Part shown: in pieces, positions 55,064-64,000 of the stretch | Numbering within the stretch: the stretch's first letter is position 1 | Layout of the letters: every line of letters starts with the position of its first letter | Origin: Eledone cirrhosa | Lineage: Eukaryota | NCBI GenBank assembly: GCA_964016885.1 | Contig: OZ024746.1 | Span: 42,036,001 to 42,100,000 of the forward strand | Direction of reading: 5' to 3' | DNA length: 64,000 bases | Program-made: the position numbers and the translations under genes | Notes under the pieces: generated by a model | Seen by the model: the letters and a program-made list of their open reading frames with translations, nothing else | Database searches by the model: none | What the model was told of the DNA's origin: nothing

Positions 55064-55101
55064 CCTTTTGAAAAGCAGAAGAACTGCGAAACCGGTAAAG
55101 G
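55064..55101 (+). ncRNA. U3-A8 variant minimal hammerhead (F2)
   Basis: CCTT-TTGAAAA-GCAG-aagaa-CTGC-GAAA-CCGG-TA-AAGG; perfect stems I and II, palindromic ACCGGT stem III. Confidence 0.75.
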
Positions 55102-55168
55102 AACCAAATAAATATATATATTTAAAAAAAAAATAAGACTCCAGTTGCATTTTCGATTTCATCTCTTT

Positions 55169-55227
<59 letters not shown>

Positions 55228-55380
55228 TATATGTATGTGTATTTGTGTCTGTGTTGCTATTGTTGTTGTTGAAGACATGATTATTTTCTAGTTTTAATTT
55301 CTTTATTAGAATCTCCTCATATTATTCAATAAGGCCTCTATTGTTTGTTTGCAGCAACACAGTTCCTAATTTCATAATAT

Positions 55381-55860
55381 TGCCAACGTTTCCAACCCTC
55401 ATGGTCTCATCTTCAGGAGTGTTGCTGATTTAATTTTACTGCCTCTTTTTTTATAGGCATATGAATTTTATGAATTTATATGCAGTTCTTATTCTGCCAT
55501 CTTTCTATGGCTTTGAAATATTTAAATCTTAAACTTCACCATCAGATTCAATTGTCACACATCATGTATTCATGGTGTACGTTGTTTCTGTGACTGGATA
55601 TTGATTTTGGCTCCACATTGAAATATAAGTAATGCTTCTATAATTAATCACCTATTTTGTGTTTGGGATTCTGTATAATACAGACATATTACCTTCTAAT
55701 GTTCTCCTTTTTAACATTTATTTTGTGGTGTACGGTGTAGATTGTTCAACTGCTCCTGTTTGTAAAAGCTTGGTTTGCCTTCAAGACAGTGTTGTACTTG
55801 GAGTGTTGGTCAATGTAACAATTAGTTTCATGTAGGTTACAAGAAGAATTTGCAACACAC
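55381..55860 (-). mobile_element. Old PLE 3' relic with decayed hammerhead at 55381-55420
   Basis: Remnants SVLYRIP and KAIE; downstream CCTGAAGATG..GACC..GGTT-G-GAAA-CG-TT-GG. Confidence 0.45.
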
Positions 55861-55961
55861 TATGTTATACACCAGCTGTCTAACATCGGAAAATGGACAT
55901 TAAATGATGACGAAGATGATTATAATCATCCTCATTATCATCATTTAACATCTACTTCCCT

Positions 55962-56570
55962 AATACCAATGAAAGTTGGAAGATCACTGATGAAGGACTA
56001 ATTTTATTCATATGTAACCCATGTGCAACCACGCAGCTCTCCATTTTTCTCATATTTATATTTTTTCCTCAGCTGTGATTGTCTGTTTCTTTCTTACTGC
56101 TTCCCCTCTCTCTGTATCTCTCACCTTCTTTTTACCCCCTCTGCCAGTCACACTCTCTCGCTCGGCTGGTCTCTTCCTCACACTTCCACTCACTCACTCT
56201 CTGCTTCTCCCCCTCTCTCACTTCCTCCCGTTTGATCTGTGTGAAATCCTTTTCTTGCTCACATCTCACCCATGTTGGATGGTCTGTATCTCTTGTCCAT
56301 GAATTCACCAAGCTTAAGCTTATAGATATCATGTACTTGTTTCTTCCTATCTTTCCGTTGCTATACCATCGTTGTTTGTTTACATGTCTCGCTTGTTTCA
56401 CCCTATTTTACTTGTCCCAATAACTTTATTTGTTATTGCTCGCGCCAACTAGAGGTATATGATTTTTAGAGCGATGAAATACCAATGAAAGTTGGAAGAT
56501 CACTGATGAAGGATTAATTTTATTCATATGTAACCCATGTGCAACCACGCAGCTCTCCATTTTTCTCATA
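55962..56570 (+). repeat. About 92-bp direct repeats, 516 bp apart, around a pyrimidine-rich tract
   Basis: 55962-56054 vs 56478-56570; ends at (TA)n. Confidence 0.85.
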
Positions 56571-56594
56571 ATATATATATATATATATATATAT

Positions 56595-59158
56595 ACTAAC
56601 TTCAAAAACCGAGACAATCACTTGATCACCTACAGATCAGGGGAACATACCAGCCAGATAGATTATATCCTTACCAGAAGACGTGACAAAGTGACTGTTG
56701 TAAACACTAAATCCCTCCCCCATGAAGAATGCACCTCCCAACATAGACTGATAATTAGCGACCTAATAGTCAGGGTAGTACGTACTAGACAACAGAAGAG
56801 GACTATCCTCAGGAGAAAAATATGGAAGCTAAAGGACCCCACAGCCAAAAATAAATTCCAAAGCATATTACTTGATGCTTTCAACAGTAAGGAAGAGCAA
56901 TTAGAGTCGTACAAGGTAGAGGAACAGTGGGAATTCCTGAAAGCAAACCTTCTGACGGCGGCAGACAAAGTCTGTGGTTGGAGCAGGCCTGTAGGCAGGA
57001 GGAGAGTAACATGGTGGTGGAACAGTAAGGTGGAGGGGTCAATTAAGGCCAAAAAGCAGGCTTGGAAAGTATGGCGGGATGGGGGAAGCAGAGACGACTA
57101 TCAAGTGGCCAGGAGGGAAGCTAGGAGACAAGTGTACTTCGCAAGAAGGGAAGCAGAGGAAAGAAAGTTCAAGCATGTTCTACAACGTGAGGACCAAAAA
57201 CGTGAGGTGTTCAGGATTGCTAGGCAATGTGTCAAGGAAAACAGTGATATTGTCGGGGAGAAGTGTGTACTTAACGATGACGGCGTACTTGCCATCACCG
57301 ACGCCGATAAGAAGGTAGCTTGGAAGTGTCACTATGAAAGGCTACTAAATGAGGAGAATAAATGGGAGAAAGACAGTCTCCCCCACATCGACCCAATAGA
57401 GGGACCAGCAGTGTTAGTTGAGGGTAGTATAATAAGTAAGGCAATCAAAGATATGAAGACGGGCAAGGCGGCTGGGCCTTCGGAAATAGTTGCTGAGATG
57501 CTGAAGGCATCTGGTACGGTGGGACACACCATGGTCACCCGGATAGTCAACCAAGTCATACAGCATGGGGTTGTTCCGAAGGACTGGCGTAGCAGCATCA
57601 TCGTTAACTGTTATGAGGGTAAAGGAGATGCCCTAGATAGGAGTAACTATAGAGGCATTAAATTAATCGACCAGGTCATGAAGGTCACGGAAAAAGTAAT
57701 AGCGCAACTAATCAGAGAGCGAATTGATCTAGATGAAATGCAGTTCGGGTTTGTGTCAGGAAAAATTACCACAGACGCTCTTTTCATTGTACGACAACTA
57801 CAGGAGAAGTACCTAGCTAAAAGTAAACCCCTATACTTAGCTTTCGTCGACTTGGAGAAGGCCTTCGACAGAGTCCCCCGTTCCATTATCTGGTGGGCTC
57901 TTAGAAAACTAGGTGTTGATGAATGGCTTGTGAGAGCTATACAAGCCATGTATAAAGAAACAGTCAGCAAGGTTAGAATTAACAACGAATATAGTGAAGA
58001 GTTTAGTGTAAAAGTTGGTGTTCATCAGGGCTCTGTTCTTAGCCCCCTACTATTTATTATTGCCCTCCAGGCTATAACAGTGGAGTTCAAGACCGGCTGC
58101 CCATGGGAACTCCTATACGCAGATGATCTAACGCTCATAGCTGAGTCAATGGCCGAGCTAGAGAAGAAATTCCAAACATGGAAGCACGGGCTAGAATCAA
58201 AAGGCCTTAAAATTAACCTGGCTAAGACTAAAGTTCTAGTTTGTAAGAAAGAAAATAAGGCGGCGGTCCCCTCCGGGAAGTGGCCATGCGCAGAGTGTAG
58301 GAAAGGCGTAGGTAGAAATTCCATTTTGTGTCCCAAATGCAAAGTTTGGGTTCATAAATGATGTAGTGGGATCACAGCTAAGCTAACTAAGAACATAGAT
58401 TTTACATGTGGCCTTTGTTCTGGGGCAATAAGTAGCAGCAAGTGCCCACAAAATACTAGCTCTTTCAACTGCGCAGAGGGTTCTATAGAAATAGTGGACA
58501 GCTTCCGTTACCTGGGTGACAAAATCAGCAGTGGGGGAGGGTGCTCTGAAAGTACAGTAGCTAGAGTCAGAACTGGGTGGAAAAAGTTCAGAGAGCTTAT
58601 ACCACTATTAGCCGCTAAAGGGTTCTCCCTAAAAATGAAAGGCAGGTTGTACGATGCCTGCATACGAACAGCAATGTTGCATGGCAGTGAGACCTGGGCA
58701 TTGTGTGCAGAGGATATATGCAGACTAGAGAGAAACGAAGCTTGCATGCTCCGCTGGATGTGTAATAGTAATATACGTGAACGACAAAGCATAAACGAAC
58801 TAAGGAAAAAATTAGAAATAAGAGGGATCAGATGTTGTTTACTCGAGAGAAGGCTACATTGGTATGGTCACGTGATGCATATGAAGGACGATAGCTGTAT
58901 AATAAAGTGCAGGGCAATAAAGATAGACGGTAGCCACGGAATAGGCAGACCCAGAAAAACCTGGGACGAGCTGATAAACTCCGACCTCACACACTTACAC
59001 CTCACCAAGACAATGTCACTGGACCGAGACCTTTGGCGGTACTCAGTAATAGAGAAGACCCGCCTTACCTAAATATAAAGTAAAACCTACTACAGTCAGT
59101 AGGCATCTCTAACACGTGGAACACGGACGTTAAACGTTGATGATGATGATGATGATGA
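56595..59158 (+). mobile_element. RTE LINE family A, 5'-truncated within the APE domain; single in-frame stop
   Basis: ORFs 56622-58361 and 58494-59072 share a frame; SQIDYIL/SQHRL, YADD, PHD finger, GRPRKTW, (GAT)n tail. Confidence 0.96.
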
Positions 59159-59218
59159 CATATATATATATTTATGAAAGTAAAACAAAGAAGCCTTCAA
59201 TACATCAAAAGTCTTTAT

Positions 59219-59260
59219 TTGCCAACAATGTTTCGTCCTATTAAGGACTCATCAGGGCAA
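59219..59260 (-). ncRNA. Canonical minimal type I hammerhead
   Basis: TTGCC-CTGATGA-GTCCT-taat-AGGAC-GAAA-CATTG-TT-GGCAA. Confidence 0.88.
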
Positions 59261-59414
59261 TTAAAACAACAAGAAGTATTATCGGCCAATACAAGCCGAA
59301 AACTCCGAAGAATATGGAGTGTACATACACTAAAGTATTGCAAGATTATGGGTAAAAATATATAATAAATATCACTAAGGAGGTGTATAACAATTAGAAC
59401 CATATTACAATTAT

Positions 59415-59607
59415 AATTGTTTCTACTTTTGGCACTAGGCCAGAAATTATCCCAGTGCATTACTGGTGCTTTATTTTATTGACCCCGTAAGGATGAAAAA
59501 CAAAGTTAACCTTGGCGGGATTTGAACTCAGACCATAAAGGGGCTCTGACTCCATGCTGAAAAGCATGGCATCTGACCCTCTACCAATACTGCCAATCCA
59601 CCGCCCA
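59415..59607 (-). mobile_element. SINE family 1, full length
   Basis: Unit match. Confidence 0.9.
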
Positions 59608-59842
59608 AGCAGAGAATTATAATGATAGTATGTAATTGCCAGGTTTTAAAAAAGGAATAGCTCAATGTCTTTTTATAATAAATAAAGGTTTGAAAAGAAA
59701 AATATATCAGTGAGGAAGAGTATTAATGAAAAATTTAACTTCTTTCATCCCCAGACCATATTTATCCTCTTACACAAGTTTTGAAAGATATATGAATTCC
59801 ATTATTCAAAATGTTGGATGAAAGTAGTTAAATTTTCCATTA

Positions 59843-62800
59843 ATCATCATTATCATCATCATCATCATCATCATCATTTTACGTCCGCTTTTCCCTGCTT
59901 GCAAGGGTGGGACGGGTCTTATTCAGCACAGCATCTCTCCACTCGTCACGGTCCTTCGTCATCGCCACCGTGAGCTTCAATGATCTGAGGTGTATCTCAC
60001 CACCTCCGCCCATGTTTTTCGTGGTCTACCTCTAACACGTCTTCCTTCAACTGGCATTTCCTGGCACTTCGTCACCCATCGGTCATCCTCCATGTGCATC
60101 ACACGTCCATACCACCTCAGTCTCCTCTCCCGTACACTACATTCTATCCCTCTCAGACACAGTTTCTCTCTCAACACATTTATGCTGGGTCGTTCATGCA
60201 CATCCAATGGAGCATGCTTGCCTCATTTCTCTCCAGCCGTCGCATATCCTCTGCAATTGCTGCCCATATCTCACTTCCATGCAGCATCGCGCTCCTCACA
60301 CAGGCATCATACAACCGACCTTTCGTACGCAGGGAGAAACCCTTCTTCGTCAACAGAGGAAGCAGCTCCCTAAACTTCTTCCAACCCATCCTTATTCTAG
60401 ATACTATGGCCCGGAACACCCTCCTCCCATGCTAATCTGATCTCCTAGGTACCGGAAGCTATCCACCACTTTTATAGCGCCCTCCTGCATTTGAAAAATG
60501 TGTCTATCAATGCGACTTCTACTGTCTAATTTCCCTGTACATCTACTGCATATGTATTTCTCCCTACCTGTTAGTTTGCCTGCTATCCCGCTACATCTCT
60601 TGTGTACCCAGGATCTGCATTGTGTGCATTTTATAGAATTTATGCCAGTTCCTTTTCTGCATATCGAACATGGCCATTTCCCTGACGGAATCAGGGTTTT
60701 GTCCTCTTTTCTACTCATCAACACTTTTGTCTTAGCTAGATTCACTCTCAGTCCTCTTGCTTCCAATTGCTGTTTCCATAGCCAGAATTTATTCTCTAGC
60801 TCCTCTACTGATTCTGCTATAAGAACCAGATCGTCGTTCCCATGGACAGCCAGTCTTAAACTCCTCTGTCATGGCTTGGAGGACTATAATGAACAAGAGC
60901 GGGCTGAGGACCAAACCCTGATGTACTCCTACTTGTATCTGGAATTCCTCACTAAACTCCATTCCTACCCTGACTTTACTGAGAGTACCTCTGTACAAAG
61001 TTTGCACTGTCCTCACAAGCCATTCCTCAACACCTAGCTTCCTTAGGGACCACCAGATGACAGATCGGTGTACCCTACCAAAGGCCTTCTCTAGGTCAAC
61101 AAAGGCTAAGTATAGTGGCTTATTCTTCTCTAAGAACCTCTCTTGCAATTGTCTCACCAAGAAGAGGGCATCTGTTGTACTCTTCCCAGGCACAAAACCA
61201 AACTGCATCTCATCTAGTTTGACCCTTTCTCTAATTAGTTGCGCTAAAATCCTTTCTGCCACTTTCATAACCTGATCTATCAGTTTTATACCCCTATAAT
61301 TGCTCCTCTCCAGAGCATCCCCTTTACCTTTGTAGGAATTTATGAGAATACTGCTACACCAGTCTTTGGGTATGACACCACCATATATAGCTTGATTGAT
61401 GATGCGTGCAACTAGTTTAGTGTCTACTTTTCCTGATGCCTTCAGCATCTCAGCAACTATCCCCGATAGTCCAGCAGCCTTACCATTCTTCATTTCCTTA
61501 ATTGCTTCTTGTACCCTATATTTGTCAATCTCAATAGCTGGTCCCTCTGTCGGAGTCTACTGGGGGTAATTTCTCACTCTCCCACCATTTGTTCTCCACA
61601 TTCATCAGTCTCTCATAATGAAATTTCCAGGCCGCCTTTTTCTGATCATTCGTGACACTAAGTACACCGGCCTCATCCCGGACACATTTATCTCCAACAA
61701 CATCCTGATTTGCATCGACACACTGCCTTGCAATGTGGAACACCGCACGCCTCTGATCTTCCCGTCGCAGAACATTGGCAAACCTCCTACTCTCTGCCTC
61801 CCTGCGTGCTAAGTACACCTGATGTCTAGCTTCTCTCTTAGTGGCTGTATATTCTTCCCTACTCCCACCCTTTTTCCAAGCCTTCCATGCTAGTCTTTTG
61901 TCTCTAATAGCCTTATCTACCATGCTGTTCCACCACCAGGTCACTCTCTGTCTGGTTGGAACTCTGCTCCAGCCACAAGTTTCATCAGTAAGAAATTCCA
62001 GTTATTATCTATGTCATACGTCTCTAAATCGTCTTCTTTTTCGTCATATACATCTTGAAGGGCTTTCCTAAATTTGTATTTTAGTGAAAGGTCTTTTAGC
62101 TTCCAGACCTTTCTTCTCCACACCTTCCTATATGTCTCATTCCATCTCTTGCTTACTGAGCTATCACTAACAACTAACCTATGCTGTGGGGTACATTCTT
62201 CCCCAGGGTATGCCTTGGTATTAGACACTATCTGCCTGTCCCGCTGCCTAACTAATAAGAAGTCAATCTGGCTTATGTGCTCACCCACCAGATTTGTAGG
62301 TTATTAGGTGATTGGCAGGTTTCTGGAAGTTTGTGTTGCAAATAGTCAATGTACCTGCATCACAAAATTCAAGAAGTCTCACTCCTTCTTCATTTCTTGA
62401 ACTGTAACCGTGCCCACCATGTACCCCAGTGTAACCATCCTGGAGCTGTCCAACATGACCATTGAAGTCTCCTGCTAGCATAACGATGTCTCCGTCCTCT
62501 GTCATTGTGGTTGTTTGCAAAAGTTGCTCATAAAAACAATCTTTCTCATCTTTGCCTAGGCCTGCATGGGGAGCATAGGCCGAGATGATTGTCAGTAGTC
62601 TCCTACCTACAACTAATCTAAGCTTAATTATTCGATTACTAACTCGAACTACCTCTATTGTCTTATTGATCCATTTCTCAGCCAGGAAAATGCCTACTCC
62701 CCCTAACCCATCATCCTTACCTACCCAGAATAGCTTATAGCTAAGACGTTTGCCTACGACTAGTCTCGCAGAGGCACCTCTCCATTTCACCTCTTGCACG

Positions 62801-63038
62801 CAGCACACATCCACCTGCCTTCTCTCCAGCAACTCCGCTATTTCAGCAGATCTACCCCTGAGAGTGCCAACATTAAGTGTTGCAACTCTGAGATGCGACG
62901 TCTTCATATTTTGTTGTTGTTCCTATTTGTTGCTGTGCTGATAAGCGTTTTGGCATTGATACACTGGTTGGATGCCCTTCCTAACACCAGCGCCACTTTA
63001 CAGCATGGACTGGGTGCTTTTATTTGTGCCACCAGCAC
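59843..63038 (-). mobile_element. RTE LINE family B, full length but frameshifted (APE, RT, PHD finger)
   Basis: ATG at 62907; LNVGTL, CVQEVKW, SAYAP, GDFNGH, QIDF, QHRL; RT motifs with a deletion at YADD; 5' UTR about 62908-63038; (GAT)n tail. Confidence 0.96.
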
Positions 63039-63219
63039 ATATATATATATATATATATAAATTGGAATAAATGCTCTGAAATAGCGATATATATGTGAAT
63101 ATAGACATAGAATATTCGAAAATATTCTGTATGTTCATAATAAACATTTTGAAGACCTAATCGCTATAGAATAGAATACGTCACGTATTACAATTAGATT
63201 CTCGATAAAAGCAAGGGAA

Positions 63220-63262
63220 GTAATCTACGCGTTTCATTCTCGTTAGAAATCATCAGGACTAC
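63220..63262 (-). ncRNA. Minimal type I hammerhead (array copy 1)
   Basis: Reverse complement of 63840-63882. Confidence 0.82.
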
Positions 63263-63529
63263 ATATCCAGTGCTTTTATCGAGAATGACACAGCTAGAGA
63301 CTTATAGAATACTTAGCTGTGTACAGGAACTGGTTTGAAAGAGCGGTTGCCGGTCCGGCAGAAATTAGAAATTGGAATAAATGCTCTGAAATAGCGATAT
63401 ATATGTGAATATAGACATAGAATATTCGAAAATATTCTGTATGTTCATAATAAACATTTTGAAGACCTAATCGCTATAGAATAGAATACGTCACGTATTA
63501 CAATTAGATTCTCGATAAAAGCAAGGGAA

Positions 63530-63572
63530 GTAATCTACGCGTTTCATTCTCGTTAGAAATCATCAGGACTAC
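63530..63572 (-). ncRNA. Minimal type I hammerhead (array copy 2)
   Basis: Identical to copy 1, 310 bp away. Confidence 0.82.
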
Positions 63573-63839
63573 ATATCCAGTGCTTTTATCGAGAATGACA
63601 CAGCTAGAGACTTATAGAATACGATTAGCGATTAGGTCTTCAAAATGTTTATTATGAACATACAGAATATTTTCGAATATTCTATGTCTATATTCACATA
63701 TATATCGCTATTTCAGAGCATTTATTCCAATTTCTAATTTCTGCCGGACCGGCAACCGCTCTTTCAAACCAGTTCCTGTACACAGCTAAGTATTCTATAA
63801 GTCTCTAGCTGTGTCATTCTCGATAAAAGCACTGGATAT

Positions 63840-63882
63840 GTAGTCCTGATGATTTCTAACGAGAATGAAACGCGTAGATTAC
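63840..63882 (+). ncRNA. Minimal type I hammerhead (array copy 3)
   Basis: GTAGTC-CTGATGA-T-TTCT-aacg-AGAA-T-GAAA-CGCG-TA-GATTAC; stem I extended by ATTCTCGATAAAAGCA/TGCTTTTATCGAGAAT. Confidence 0.82.
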
Positions 63883-64000
63883 TTCCCTTGCTTTTATCGA
63901 GAATCTAATTGTAATACGTGACGTATTCTATTCTATAGCGATTAGGTCTTCAAAATGTTTATTATGAACATACAGAATATTTTCGAATATTCTATGTCTA

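Larger units (their letters stand above)
53948..55172. mobile_element. Fold-back element family F2 in (TA)n
   Basis: Arms about 54010-54359 and 54823-55172 inverted and near-identical; internal direct repeat about 54340-54470 / 54665-54803. Confidence 0.88.
63061..64000. mobile_element. Retrozyme-like 310-bp tandem repeat with an inversion, running off the window
   Basis: Units start at 63061 and 63371; orientation flips at about 63623-63626; inverted units start at 63626 and 63936; one hammerhead per unit. Confidence 0.85.

Noticed and set aside
55980-56030. CTGATGAAGGA..TAACCC in the 92-bp direct repeats as a hammerhead
   Set aside because: No GAAA or stem III follows in either copy; at best a decayed core. 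The same applies to about 7280-7320 (-) and 9890.
58359-58361. TGA in the RTE-A PHD finger as read-through or Sec
   Set aside because: Other copies have AGA (Arg) at this position.

Overview
AT-rich, microsatellite-rich animal genomic DNA with no intact multi-exon gene visible. The repeat complement looks like a coleoid cephalopod (octopus-like) genome; that is an inference. The window is dominated by retroelements: (1) a tRNA-derived SINE in many copies, including two head-to-tail arrays; (2) two RTE-clade LINE families (one full-length but frameshifted, one 5'-truncated with a single stop), both carrying a C4HC3 PHD-type finger after the RT core; (3) two Penelope-like elements (PLEs; RT plus GIY-YIG) with direct/inverted pseudo-LTRs, plus relics; (4) a hAT-type MITE and restriction-like-endonuclease LINE relics. 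The most striking signal is about 15 type I hammerhead ribozyme (HHR) motifs from roughly nine unrelated short repeat families. Most sit in fold-back elements inserted in (TA)n. They include a U3-A8 compensatory core variant, a candidate with about 210 nt inserted in stem II, and a retrozyme-like 310-bp tandem/inverted array at the window end. Weaker signals are minus-strand relics resembling class A GPCRs and two possible plus-strand exons. Coordinates were counted by hand and boundaries are approximate. No folding or database search was run.
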